NCBI GenBank assembly: GCA_965230295.1
Contig: OZ246001.1
Coordinates: 2,752,001-2,816,000 of the forward strand
Reading direction: 5' to 3'
Length of the DNA stretch: 64,000 nt
From: Marinicella sp.
GTDB lineage: Bacteria; Pseudomonadota; Gammaproteobacteria; Xanthomonadales; Marinicellaceae
The translations under genes and the position numbers were made by a program. Position 1 is the first letter of the stretch. Each line of letters begins with the position of its first letter. Positions 52,160 through 62,558 of the stretch are shown here, piece by piece. The notes below the pieces were generated by a model. It searched no databases, had not been told where the DNA came from, and saw only the letters and a program-made list of their open reading frames with translations.

Positions 52160-52609
52160 TCAACGGATATTTTCAGCATCTTGTGCATTGATAAACAAAG
52201 CAAATAGTTTAATGAAAAACGCGGTACTAACACCGAATAAAATCAATCCTCCAATGGCCTCAAACCCACTGAGTAATTGGTAAGGTTCAGATAAAGTGAT
52301 GTCGCCATAACCCAGTGTAGTGGCTGTGATTGTAGAAAAATAGACGGCTTGACTGAATTCTTCGAATTCGCCAACGCGTATATAGGTCAGTGCCCAGACG
52401 ATAATTTCTATGGTATGGATTAAAATCACATACATCACAGCTACTATCAATAATATTATTTTCTTAAAAAAATCAAATGAGCTTGAAATGCCTTCAATCA
52501 CTGTACTTAAAATCGATAAAATTTTGGTCAGTAATAGCAAAGCCACGACATGAAAAACCACACAAGAAGTGATCAGTAACGAACCGGTTAAGTATTGATT
52601 TGAAAACAT
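52160..52609 (-). CDS. Small potassium channel family protein (Ion_trans_2)
   Basis: YFS..T.TTLGYGD selectivity filter between TM helices. Confidence 0.85.
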   Translation of the reverse strand: MFSNQYLTGSLLITSCVVFHVVALLLLTKILSILSTVIEGISSSFDFFKKIILLIVAVMYVILIHTIEIIVWALTYIRVGEFEEFSQAVYFSTITATTLGYGDITLSEPYQLLSGFEAIGGLILFGVSTAFFIKLFALFINAQDAENIR

Positions 52610-52744
52610 ATCATAGTTTTGTAAATGGTTCCGGGGTGTATAAATTCATTGATGAAAATGACAATCAATTAGATCCATTATGCCATAGAAACCAAGTGGA
52701 TTTTAGTTATAATAATTAGCTAATAATCATCAGATGGCGTTCCT

Positions 52745-55102
52745 ATGAAAATAATAATTACCCTGGTGGTGATCTTGGCCTGTTCACTACAAACCAGCCA
52801 TGCCAAACAAAACTATGACATAGGTTTTATGGTGGACAACCGGTCCAGTGAAACCGATGTGTTGTTGCAGAAGTTACAAAATGAGATCATTGCAGTGGTG
52901 GGCGAAGATGCCAACATCAGGTTTCCTGAACAGCACATGTATGTCAATAATTACCAGTTGGCAGAAGCCCAAAGCCAATACCAACAACTGATCAATTCGA
53001 AAGTTGATATCATCATCGCTTTCGGTGTCATCACCAATGAAGTGGTGAGTAAACAAACCAGTCACCGCAAACCCACTATTTTGTTTGGTGCCATCAATCA
53101 AGATTACAATGATTTGGACATCACCCAAAAAACTTCCGGGATAAAAAATTTCACTTACTTGATTGAGTCAGAGTCATTCAAAGAAGACCTGAGCAAATTG
53201 AAACAGCTGGCCAACTTCAGCAACATTGGTATTGTGGTCGATGCCGGGATTGTCCAGTTTTTGCATTTAAAAGAAACCTTTGATCAAGCCTTGGCTGGCT
53301 TGAACTCAGACTACAAAATCATTGCTTATCAGCAGGTGGACGACATTGTTGGCCAATTGAACGACATTGATGCTTTGTACATCGCGGGTGGCTTTTTTCT
53401 GAAACAGGAAGAGGTGCAATACTTGGCGGAGCAATTGATCAATCGGAAAATACCTTCTTTCACCATCAACGGCGTGGGTCAAGTTAAAAACGGTATCATG
53501 GCCAGTCACCAGGCAGAAGGTGACATCGATCAGTTTTTTCGACGCATTGCTTTGACTGTGGATGATTATGTGTCCGGCACACCCATGGCCGACATGCCGG
53601 TGTTTATTGACTACACCTCGCAATTGACCATTAATTACAACACGGCTGAAGCCGTGGGCATTCCCATCAAGTACAGCCTGTTGGCAGAAACTGACTTTGT
53701 TGGTGAGTTTTATAACATTTTATCCCAGTCAAATTACAACCTGATACAGGTGATTGAGCAGGTTTTGGATAAAAATTTAGGTTTGGAAGCTGCACAGATA
53801 GACATTGATTTGGCTGAACAAAATTTAAAAACCTCCAAAAACAATTACAAGCCCAGCATCAGCACCTCACTGACGGGGGCGTATGTGGATCCTGATTTGG
53901 CTGCCATCAGTGGTGGTAACAACCCGGAGTATTCAACCAGTGGCAACATCACCGTTTCACAAACATTGTATTCTTTTGCAGCCAATACCAACATCAACAT
54001 CCAGCAAAGCCTGTTCAACGCCCAAAGGGAACAGCTCAATACCGAACAATTGGACAGTATATTCAGTGCCATCAATGCTTATTTCAATGTCTTGATCCTT
54101 AAAACCAATGCCCAAATCCAATTGTTGAACCTGCGTTTGACCAAAGACAACTTGAAACTGGCCCAACAAAGCTATGAAATTGGTCAGTCCGGGAAATCTG
54201 ACACGCTGCGTTTTCAAAGTGCCAAAGCACAGAACACCCAGGCCATGGTGGAGGCCGCAAACCAGCTTGAACAAGCCTATTTTCAATTGAATCAATTGCT
54301 GAACAACCCGATTGATTTTGAAATAGACATCAAAGACGTGATGTTGGATGAGGGTGTGTTTGAGAATTACAATTACAACTTACTCACAGAAGTTTTGGAT
54401 GACCCGGCACTGCGTAATTCTTTCATTGAGTTCATCATCCACAAAGCCAAACAAAATGCCCCGGAATTAAAAGCACTGCAACACAACATGGCCGCTGTCG
54501 AAGCTGAGATTGCATTGAATGGGAAACGCAGGTTTTTGCCTACAGTGGCCCTACAAGGACAGTACAACAAAACTTTCGATCGCAGTGGCGCTGGCAGTAC
54601 GCCACCACCAGGTACTTCATTTTTAGATGACAATTACAATGTCGGTGTTTCAGTATCGGTGCCATTATTCAGTCGCAACCAATTCAATACAGATTTACAC
54701 ACGGCCATACTGCGCCGGGATCAATTGGACATCAATAAACTCAATACCGAACAAAACATCGATACCAACATCCGCTCTGGTGTGTTGCGCTTGGTCAATG
54801 AGATGTCAAACATCCAACTGTCCGAAGTTTCAGAGCAGGCGGCCAAAGAATCACTGGAACTGACCCAAACATCCTATAACAATGGCGCGGTCAACATTGT
54901 GCAATTGATTGATGCACAAAATAACTACATCAATTCTCAGTTGGCCAAAGCCAATGCGATTTATAATTTTCTGTTGAATGCCTTACAACTTGAACGTTCT
55001 ATGGGCTATTTCTTTTTCTTGAACAGTCAGGCAGATAATGATGCATTCAAAGCAGAATTCTTTCAATATATTAACCGACCCAAGTCGGCTCAAGGGGAGT
55101 GA
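52745..55102 (+). CDS. TolC-family outer membrane protein with an N-terminal ABC substrate-binding-like domain
   Basis: About 330 N-terminal aa ending LTINYNTA..VGI; C-terminal OEP repeats (AYFNVL, FLPTVAL.G, Y..G....V.LIDAQ). Confidence 0.8.
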   Translation: MKIIITLVVILACSLQTSHAKQNYDIGFMVDNRSSETDVLLQKLQNEIIAVVGEDANIRFPEQHMYVNNYQLAEAQSQYQQLINSKVDIIIAFGVITNEVVSKQTSHRKPTILFGAINQDYNDLDITQKTSGIKNFTYLIESESFKEDLSKLKQLANFSNIGIVVDAGIVQFLHLKETFDQALAGLNSDYKIIAYQQVDDIVGQLNDIDALYIAGGFFLKQEEVQYLAEQLINRKIPSFTINGVGQVKNGIMASHQAEGDIDQFFRRIALTVDDYVSGTPMADMPVFIDYTSQLTINYNTAEAVGIPIKYSLLAETDFVGEFYNILSQSNYNLIQVIEQVLDKNLGLEAAQIDIDLAEQNLKTSKNNYKPSISTSLTGAYVDPDLAAISGGNNPEYSTSGNITVSQTLYSFAANTNINIQQSLFNAQREQLNTEQLDSIFSAINAYFNVLILKTNAQIQLLNLRLTKDNLKLAQQSYEIGQSGKSDTLRFQSAKAQNTQAMVEAANQLEQAYFQLNQLLNNPIDFEIDIKDVMLDEGVFENYNYNLLTEVLDDPALRNSFIEFIIHKAKQNAPELKALQHNMAAVEAEIALNGKRRFLPTVALQGQYNKTFDRSGAGSTPPPGTSFLDDNYNVGVSVSVPLFSRNQFNTDLHTAILRRDQLDINKLNTEQNIDTNIRSGVLRLVNEMSNIQLSEVSEQAAKESLELTQTSYNNGAVNIVQLIDAQNNYINSQLAKANAIYNFLLNALQLERSMGYFFFLNSQADNDAFKAEFFQYINRPKSAQGE

Positions 55103-55109
55103 TTAAACC

Positions 55110-56216
55110 ATGAAATTTGCATTTACAATTGTATTGATTTTGACTTTTACCATGGTGTTGGTGGCATGTGGGGAACAGGCGGTGGTGGAAGAAAAGGTGG
55201 TCAGACCGGTGCTTTATCAACAAGTGGCCTTTGCGGGTAGTGACCGGGAACGAACCATCAGTGGTACGTCTCAATCTGATCAGGTGATTAAACTCAGTTT
55301 CAGAAGCAACGGCATATTGTCTGAGTTGAACATGAAATTGGGCCAAAAAGTAACCGCGGGTGAATTGTTGGCCAAGTTAGACAATATTCAGGCTCAATTG
55401 AATTATGAAAACTCAATTTCAGCCAAGAATGCTTCCGAATCCAGGATGAAAACCGCCAAGTTAAACCTGGACCGCATCAAAGCCTTGTATGAAAAAGGTG
55501 GCTCTTCATTGAGCGATCTTGAAGCCGCCAAAGACGTGTACCGCACATCCCAACAAGACTATGATTCTTCCTTGCGCAATGTGGACATCCAAAAAGACCA
55601 AATCAATTATGGTTATTTATACGCTTCAGCCGATGGTGAAGTGGCTTCTGTCAGTGTTGAGTTGAATGAAAATGTCAGTGCAGGCCAAGTGGTGGGGACC
55701 TTGAATTCCGGTACCATGATGGACATTGCCCTGGGTGTACCAGAAAGCTTTATCAATGAAATCAAAACCGATATGGCTGTGGAAGTGAGCTTTGTTTCAA
55801 TTGAAAATCAAACGTTCAATGGTGTGGTCAAGGAAGTATCGCCATCCATTGACAACAACACCGCGACTTATCCGGTGGTGGTCAACGTCCTGAATCCCAG
55901 CCCGGAAATCAGATCCGGCATGGCTGCCAATGTCCGTTTTAACTATGGTCATGCAGGTGCAGTGACTGAAACTCAAGACTACACTTTAATGGTGCCTGCC
56001 AAGGCCGTGGGTGAAGATTCCAATGGGCGTTTTGTGTTTGTGTTGATGAATGAAGGTGAATCTACTGTAGCACGGAAAAAAACCATCACCATTGGCGAGT
56101 TGACGTCTGAAGGTTTTGAAGTGTTGTCTGGTTTGACCGATGGTCAATTGATCGCTACTGCGGGTTTACAAACCTTGTTGGATGGTCAGGAAGTTTCGTT
56201 GAAGGCCAGCAAATAA
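55110..56216 (+). CDS. RND efflux periplasmic adaptor (MFP) lipoprotein
   Basis: LVAC lipobox, LSFR..G, G..V..G.LLA.LD, VP..AV, GL..G. Confidence 0.92.
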   Translation: MKFAFTIVLILTFTMVLVACGEQAVVEEKVVRPVLYQQVAFAGSDRERTISGTSQSDQVIKLSFRSNGILSELNMKLGQKVTAGELLAKLDNIQAQLNYENSISAKNASESRMKTAKLNLDRIKALYEKGGSSLSDLEAAKDVYRTSQQDYDSSLRNVDIQKDQINYGYLYASADGEVASVSVELNENVSAGQVVGTLNSGTMMDIALGVPESFINEIKTDMAVEVSFVSIENQTFNGVVKEVSPSIDNNTATYPVVVNVLNPSPEIRSGMAANVRFNYGHAGAVTETQDYTLMVPAKAVGEDSNGRFVFVLMNEGESTVARKKTITIGELTSEGFEVLSGLTDGQLIATAGLQTLLDGQEVSLKASK

Positions 56217-56218
56217 CC

Positions 56219-59200
56219 ATGAACATTGCAAAACTGTCGATAGAAAAAAACCGCATCACTTTGATGATTCTGTTCAGCATCATTCTGATGGGAATGGCCA
56301 TATATTCAACGTTGTCTCGAGACAGCATGCCGCCTTTTACCATCAGGGTGGCTTCTGTCGTTTCTGAGTTTCCCGGAGCCAGTCCGGAACGTGTGGAACA
56401 ATTGGTGACGGATAAAATAGAACAAGTGGCGCAAGAGTTGCCTGAGTTGAAAGAGGTGTCCAGTACTTCCAGAACAGGTTTGTCAGTGGTTTCAGTAACC
56501 CTCAAAGACGAAGTTGATGCCAAAGATTTACAGCCTGTTTGGGATCGTTTGCGCAGAAAATTGGAAAACATCAATGGGTTGCCTGAAGGGGTGGTGCCTG
56601 ATTTGAATGACGATGGAATTGGCGATGTCTATGGCATCGTGGTTGGATTAACATCTGACGGTTTCAGTTATGCCCAAATGAAGGAATATGCGGATGACAT
56701 CAGAGACGATTTGATCAAAATACCAGAAGCCGCCAAAGTCGCCTTGGGCGGCTTGCAAGAAGAGCGGGTTTTTGTTGAGTTCAACAATGCCAAGCTCAAT
56801 GAATATGGTTTAACGGCCAACATGTTGAAGAATTTCATTTCCGCCACCAACATTGTCAGTTCAGGTGGACAGATCAATCTGGGAGAAGAGCGGGTGATTC
56901 TGGAACCCACGGGTAATTTTAACGATGTGGCTGACATCAAAAGCATGCTGATTCCGGTAGGATCCGGAGGCACACAACTGATTCAATTGGGTGACATTGC
57001 CCAGGTGACCCAATCTTATATCGATCCACCGGTACAAATCGTTTCCTTCAACGGACAGCGTGCGGTTTCGTTACACATCAACCTCAAAGCAGATGCCAAT
57101 GTGATAGATCTCGGGGTGAAGGTGGATGAGGCAATTAGACAATGGCAACATCATTTGCCTGTTGGGCTTGAGTTGTCCAGGGTCTCTTCGATGGATCATT
57201 ACATAGAAGTCAAAATTGATGACTTTGTGGTCAACCTGATGCAGGCCATTTCCATTGTTTTGTTGGTGATGTTGGTGTTCTTAGGCATCAGAACCGGTAT
57301 GATCATTGCCAGTTTGATCCCGATTGTAACCATCATGACATTGATGATCATGGGCATGATGAACATTGGTTTGAACCAAGTCACCTTGGCAGCTTTGATC
57401 ATGGCATTGGGGATGTTGGTGGACAATGCCATTGTGGTGGCTGAAACCATCATGGTAAAAATGGAAAATGGCATGAAAGCCAAGCAGGCAGCACAAGAAG
57501 CGGCGTCTGAGCTGTTCATGCCTTTGTTGATCTCAACATTAACCACATCCGCTGCGTTTTTAGCTTTTTACATGTCTCCAACCACCATGGGCGACATTGT
57601 GGGCCCGATATTTGTGGTCATCAGTATCGCGTTGTTGTCATCATGGATCATTGCTTTGACTGTCATCACTTTATTCTGTTACCTGTTCCTGAAGATAGAA
57701 GTGAACAGCCCACAACTGAGTGTGGTTGATCGAATCATTTTGCGCCTTAAGGGCATCTACAAATCTTTTATTTTGGTTGCGTTGAACAACAGAATTAAAG
57801 TGATCGTGGTGGTATTTGTGTTGTTTGTGGGTGCATTGACGGGATTCCGATACATTGAATTTTTATTCTTTCCAGACAGTGACCGCAACATGATTACAGT
57901 CGATGTGAATTTACCTGCGGGTACTCAAATTGAAAGTACCTCAGCTGTGGTCTATGACATTGAAAATTTCATCAAACAAGAACTTGTGGTGAACGAATCA
58001 CGCCCGGAGGGTATCGTGGATTGGTCGTCATACATCGGTAAAGGTCCGGAATCCTATGATTTGGGCTATTCCCAGGAAGAAGCCGACTCCAGTTATGCAC
58101 ACATCTTAATCAACACCTCATCGTTCACGGTCAACAACGACATGATTGCAGCGATTGATCAATTCAGCTTCGCCCAATTCCCCAATGCCGATGTGAAAGT
58201 GGGGGTTTTGGCCGGTGGCGGGGGTGGGCTGCCCATTGAAATCAAAGTTTCAGGTGAAGACCCTGATCAATTGGCGATCATTGCAGAGCAAATCAAATTG
58301 AAATTATCTGCCGTTTCCGGAACCAAAAATGTCAAAGATGATTGGGGACCAAAGAGCAAAAAGTTTTTGATTGATATCGACCAAAACCGTGCCCAAGCCG
58401 CAGGTGTCACCAGTCAGGACATTGCGACCTCGTTAAAAACCGTTTTGGATGGTTTCAAAACCGGTGAATACCGTGAGGATAACAAAACGATACCCATCAT
58501 CATGCGCTCTGATGTCAATCAACAGCAAAGCCTTTCATCACTGGAAACGCTGAATGTCTATGCCCAATCATCCGGGCGCAGTGTGCCGCTGTTACAGGTG
58601 GCAAGCATCATCCCACAATGGCAGTACTCAAAAATAAAGCGGCTTGACCTGGAACGGACCATCAACATCACCAGTAAACTCAGTGCCACGGGCAATGCCT
58701 CAGCCATCACTGCTGTGATGAAACCTTGGTTAGAAGAACAGCAATCCCAAGTTTGGCCGGCAGGGTATGCTTTTAAGTTTGGTGGTGATGCTGAACAAAC
58801 CGCTGAAAGCATGGGGTCTGTGATCAGTTACTTGCCCTTGTCAGGTTTCATCATTCTGTTGTTGTTGATGATTCAATTCAACTCTTTTCGACATGTCAGC
58901 ATGGTCTTAATGACCATCCCGTTGGGCTTGATTGGTGTCACTGTGGGTTTGTTGATTTTTGGCGAACCCTTTGGTTTTATGCCTTTCCTTGGGGTCATTT
59001 CTTTGGCTGGCATAGTCATCAACAACGCCATCGTCTTACTGGATCGCATTGGTATTGAACAACACACCTCCGGACGCTTGCCCAATGATGCTGTTGTGGT
59101 GGCATGTTTACAAAGATTTCGTCCCATTTTACTGGCCACATTCACGACTGTATTGGGTTTGATTCCGCTTTACTTGAGTGGCGGCGAAATGTGGGAAGGC

Positions 59201-59341
59201 ATGGCTGTTAGCATCATGGTTGGACTGTTGTTCGGTACTATGATTACGCTGATATTTATTCCAGTGCTGTACAGTCTGATGTATCGCGTGAACTTCAAAG
59301 GTTATGTGTTCAATGAACAATTGTTGAGTGACAACGACTGA
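56219..59341 (+). CDS. RND efflux permease (AcrB/AcrD/AcrF family)
   Basis: PGASPE.VE..VT, ALGMLVDNAIVV.E, GIVINNAIVL, RFRPIL. Confidence 0.96.
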   Translation: MNIAKLSIEKNRITLMILFSIILMGMAIYSTLSRDSMPPFTIRVASVVSEFPGASPERVEQLVTDKIEQVAQELPELKEVSSTSRTGLSVVSVTLKDEVDAKDLQPVWDRLRRKLENINGLPEGVVPDLNDDGIGDVYGIVVGLTSDGFSYAQMKEYADDIRDDLIKIPEAAKVALGGLQEERVFVEFNNAKLNEYGLTANMLKNFISATNIVSSGGQINLGEERVILEPTGNFNDVADIKSMLIPVGSGGTQLIQLGDIAQVTQSYIDPPVQIVSFNGQRAVSLHINLKADANVIDLGVKVDEAIRQWQHHLPVGLELSRVSSMDHYIEVKIDDFVVNLMQAISIVLLVMLVFLGIRTGMIIASLIPIVTIMTLMIMGMMNIGLNQVTLAALIMALGMLVDNAIVVAETIMVKMENGMKAKQAAQEAASELFMPLLISTLTTSAAFLAFYMSPTTMGDIVGPIFVVISIALLSSWIIALTVITLFCYLFLKIEVNSPQLSVVDRIILRLKGIYKSFILVALNNRIKVIVVVFVLFVGALTGFRYIEFLFFPDSDRNMITVDVNLPAGTQIESTSAVVYDIENFIKQELVVNESRPEGIVDWSSYIGKGPESYDLGYSQEEADSSYAHILINTSSFTVNNDMIAAIDQFSFAQFPNADVKVGVLAGGGGGLPIEIKVSGEDPDQLAIIAEQIKLKLSAVSGTKNVKDDWGPKSKKFLIDIDQNRAQAAGVTSQDIATSLKTVLDGFKTGEYREDNKTIPIIMRSDVNQQQSLSSLETLNVYAQSSGRSVPLLQVASIIPQWQYSKIKRLDLERTINITSKLSATGNASAITAVMKPWLEEQQSQVWPAGYAFKFGGDAEQTAESMGSVISYLPLSGFIILLLLMIQFNSFRHVSMVLMTIPLGLIGVTVGLLIFGEPFGFMPFLGVISLAGIVINNAIVLLDRIGIEQHTSGRLPNDAVVVACLQRFRPILLATFTTVLGLIPLYLSGGEMWEGMAVSIMVGLLFGTMITLIFIPVLYSLMYRVNFKGYVFNEQLLSDND

Positions 59342-59353
59342 TCATCAGTTATT

Positions 59354-59806
59354 TTAACGATCCCGATTTGCACCAGGATCCGGTTTTTTGACTGATTTTT
59401 TATCAAACACAATCGATAAGATGATCACCAACAACATCACCAAATGAACGGCCACAATGCTGAAAACTGTGATGTCTGCTGAATTGCGTTGGTGCAAACT
59501 GACAATGTGATCAATGACCACATTGCCCTGACAGCAAGCTTCGTTTTTGATGGCATTGATTTGTTGGTAGATGCTGCCCAGGAATGTGGCCTGGGCTTTC
59601 ATCATGTAGTAATTGATCAAGGCAAACCCTGCATAGACCACGATGGCCCCGGATTTTTCTTTTTTGGACAACGGTCTGTCGACATAAATGATGCCACCAA
59701 TCAAAGCCAAATGAACGCTGATGAATAAGGCCCAATGCGTGTCAATGCGGTTGCTTAATGACAGTGCCAAGTCCAGTAATTCATAGGGACTCATGGGTTT
59801 AATCAT
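59354..59806 (-). CDS. Hypothetical membrane protein
   Basis: Three hydrophobic segments; no recognised family. Confidence 0.65.
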   Translation of the reverse strand: MIKPMSPYELLDLALSLSNRIDTHWALFISVHLALIGGIIYVDRPLSKKEKSGAIVVYAGFALINYYMMKAQATFLGSIYQQINAIKNEACCQGNVVIDHIVSLHQRNSADITVFSIVAVHLVMLLVIILSIVFDKKSVKKPDPGANRDR

Positions 59807-59827
59807 CGGCTTTCTCTGACGCAGTCA

Positions 59828-60562
59828 TTACCGGCGACCTTTTCTTTCCCTGCGTTCGCGTTGATCATCACGACGTTCCCTGCGATCTTCTCGACGTTCC
59901 CTCTTGTCTTCAGACAATTCTTGTTGGCTGGCTCGGATGTCTGCTTCCATCAACGCTGCAAACTCATTGATGAGTTGGTGATTGATGCGGTTCGCAGCCC
60001 CTTTCTTTTTGAAATCAAACTTGGCTTTTTGGATTTTTTCATGGATGGTCTTTTGCCTCTCGAAACGTACGACGTATTGCTGCAGATCTCTGGCATCATC
60101 GCTCAAATCACGAACATCATCCCTGCGGTCATAACGGTCTCGGTTCATGTCCCGGCGGTCATCCTTTCGGTCATGTTGGTTGTTTCGGTTGTCTTGTCTG
60201 TTGCGGCGGATTTCACGGTTATCGGTGCTGATTTCGCGGGCACTTTGCTTCATTTCACGCTTGGCTTGGTCGGCTTTGCTTGAGCTTTGAGCCACTTCCC
60301 TGTACATCAACTTAACCAACTTGTCTTTGATCTTGTTGCATTTCTTGCCTTTTTGATTGTCATAGGCTTTGTTGAATTTTGCCAAATGATTGTTGAAGGT
60401 TTCCAATTCATCTTGATCACGTTTCAGGTTCTTTTGGGTGGTTTTGATTTGCTTGGCGTTTTGCACCCCTTCGCGAACATTTTGTGCAAGTCCGTTAAAA
60501 CTGAGTAATGCCATAACCAAGCCACTCATAAGGAGGGTGTTGAATGATGTTGAGTTGCTCAT
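59828..60562 (-). CDS. Exported highly charged coiled-coil protein with D/E/R repeats
   Basis: GAGGT RBS, signal peptide, DRRD/ERRE repeats. Confidence 0.7.
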   Translation of the reverse strand: MSNSTSFNTLLMSGLVMALLSFNGLAQNVREGVQNAKQIKTTQKNLKRDQDELETFNNHLAKFNKAYDNQKGKKCNKIKDKLVKLMYREVAQSSSKADQAKREMKQSAREISTDNREIRRNRQDNRNNQHDRKDDRRDMNRDRYDRRDDVRDLSDDARDLQQYVVRFERQKTIHEKIQKAKFDFKKKGAANRINHQLINEFAALMEADIRASQQELSEDKRERREDRRERRDDQRERRERKGRR

Positions 60563-60658
60563 AAATACCTCTTGAATAATGTTTGTTGTCAATTTCCATC
60601 GCATGAAAGCTTATCATGATGATGACCCTCAGTTTCATAAGCTGCCACGTCGATTGAT

Positions 60659-61399
60659 TCAGTGACTGCTTGAGCTACCTGCTTTGAACTTTTCCATTTG
60701 TTCTTTGATGCCTTCTACTGGGTAGTTCTCACCCGTTGAATAAGCAGCAATTCGACTGAGGTGCGTATAGGGTAAACCGGTTTCTTCATGCCAATTGTTG
60801 AATGCCAGTTGTACTTGAGTTAAATCGCGTTTTGATGTGGGGTGGTCATTGGTTTCGTAACCCGCTTGTTTAACGGCTTGGATGGTGTCATGGGTGGTGG
60901 TGAAACAGTCTTTGCCCACATACCTGAGGAACCAAAAACCGGTATTGCCACCCAGTCTAGATCCATGTTTTTTTAAGTAGGCCATCAATCCAATTTGGTC
61001 TGAGGTCGGCCAATCTGCAATGAATCGGGCGAAACTGTCGTGTTCGTCTGCTGTGTAATTGACAAAATTGGCATTGTGCATCATGGCTTTTATTTTGGCC
61101 CAATTGCGCACCACACGTGTGTCTTGCACATAGGCCTCCCATTCTTCGGGAGGTTTGAATGCCAAACGCTTCACATCAAAACCATGAAAGGCTTCTTCAA
61201 ACTGAGGCCACTTGTTTTCGATCACTGTCCAGTTAAACCCTGCTTGATTGATGGCTTTACACATCATTGCCAGGAACCGGTCATCACCCTTTTGTGCCAA
61301 CTGTTCAGGGCTCAAAACTTTGGGTAACAACGATTTAAGTTTTTTCTCACCGCCTTTTCGTTCGGCAGCCCTGGCATAAATGGTATCGAATTTTTTCAT
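60659..61399 (-). CDS. DNA-3-methyladenine glycosylase I (Tag)-like protein
   Basis: DDRFL..M, QAGFNW.VIE.KW..FEEAF..FD, VVRN..KI, LGG.T...FLR..GKD. Confidence 0.8.
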   Translation of the reverse strand: MKKFDTIYARAAERKGGEKKLKSLLPKVLSPEQLAQKGDDRFLAMMCKAINQAGFNWTVIENKWPQFEEAFHGFDVKRLAFKPPEEWEAYVQDTRVVRNWAKIKAMMHNANFVNYTADEHDSFARFIADWPTSDQIGLMAYLKKHGSRLGGNTGFWFLRYVGKDCFTTTHDTIQAVKQAGYETNDHPTSKRDLTQVQLAFNNWHEETGLPYTHLSRIAAYSTGENYPVEGIKEQMEKFKAGSSSSH

Positions 61400-61494
61400 A
61401 TGAGTTTCATAGTGGTTGTAAAGCGGATAATAATGATATTATGACATACAGAGAAAAGTCTAGGGCCGCATTACTTACTTCAGGAGAACAGACA

Positions 61495-61899
61495 TTGAAA
61501 ACTTGGACTGAAAAATTACAGCAAGAAAAACAACCGATCAAGAAACACATTGATAAGTCATTTGCTGGTATGCCAGCAGGCTGCTTGATGTACATTTCAA
61601 CACCTCAGGAAATCAATGATTTTGTCAACAACATTGAATTTGGGAAAGTGGTTACACCGCCCGAAATGCGTGAAGCACTGGCCCAAACCCATGAAGCCGA
61701 ATACACTTGTCCTGTCACCACCGGAATCTTTTTACGCATTGTTGCAGAAGCAGCCTTTGAAGCTTTGAATAACAACCAGAAAATTGACCAAGTCACGCCG
61801 TTTTGGCGAGCTATAGAAGCCGGTTCGCCGTTGGCCAAGAAATTGACCTGTGGCAATCAATTCATTGTCGATTTACAACAGGCAGAAAAAAAGCCTTGA
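61495..61899 (+). CDS. MGMT/ATL DNA-binding-domain-like hypothetical protein
   Basis: AGGAG RBS with TTG start; I..GKV.T...R..LA, CPVTTGIF, TPFWR. Confidence 0.6.
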   Translation: MKTWTEKLQQEKQPIKKHIDKSFAGMPAGCLMYISTPQEINDFVNNIEFGKVVTPPEMREALAQTHEAEYTCPVTTGIFLRIVAEAAFEALNNNQKIDQVTPFWRAIEAGSPLAKKLTCGNQFIVDLQQAEKKP

Positions 61900-61902
61900 T
61901 CA

Positions 61903-62364
61903 TCAGCGATTGAAGAATAATAACAGCATCAAAGTTGTGATCACCAAACCACTGATCCTGATTCGTAACTGCCAAAACCATGACGGGATCAGGCCAGCTT
62001 GGTGAGCATATCGGTCAATCAACAATGCCAAGATAAATGCAAGCAGGATGGTCGATATGCCAATAAAGCTGGCAAATGCAAACAGGCTGAACCACGCCAG
62101 TAAAGCCAAAACATTACTGATGATGAAGTATTGTTTTTCTGTGGCTTGGTTGAGTGAAATTCCCCATTGTATGCCCCCCAAAAAGCCCACGATGACCGCA
62201 CCGTAAGTGTGTGCAACCATATAAGACTTGAATCTGGAAAAGCGCAATTCGGTGTCAAAGAGTGCGTTTAAATCAAAGAAGCCATAGGCGCTTATAGCCA
62301 ATGCATAAATGAAAGGGAGGGTGCCCAGTGTAGCCAGTGCAATGGGTTTGGAAGGGGAATTCAT
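61903..62364 (-). CDS. DUF3429-like membrane protein
   Basis: LGTLPF, YGAVI.GFLGGIQWG, D......L.P.WF..LR. Confidence 0.8.
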   Translation of the reverse strand: MNSPSKPIALATLGTLPFIYALAISAYGFFDLNALFDTELRFSRFKSYMVAHTYGAVIVGFLGGIQWGISLNQATEKQYFIISNVLALLAWFSLFAFASFIGISTILLAFILALLIDRYAHQAGLIPSWFWQLRIRISGLVITTLMLLLFFNR

Positions 62365-62558
62365 CAGTCCAATATAAAAGTTTAATTGTCAAAATAACGT
62401 GTAAAGGCAACTTTCTTCATCGTTTAATTTTACTGAAATACAAAAATGTAAATAAAATATATTAATTGATTTGCAATCATGGGTTAAAATGTTGGATAAG
62501 GTTCTATATTGAACCCAATAAAAACGCAACACTAACCAGCTAATCAAAAGGGGGAATT

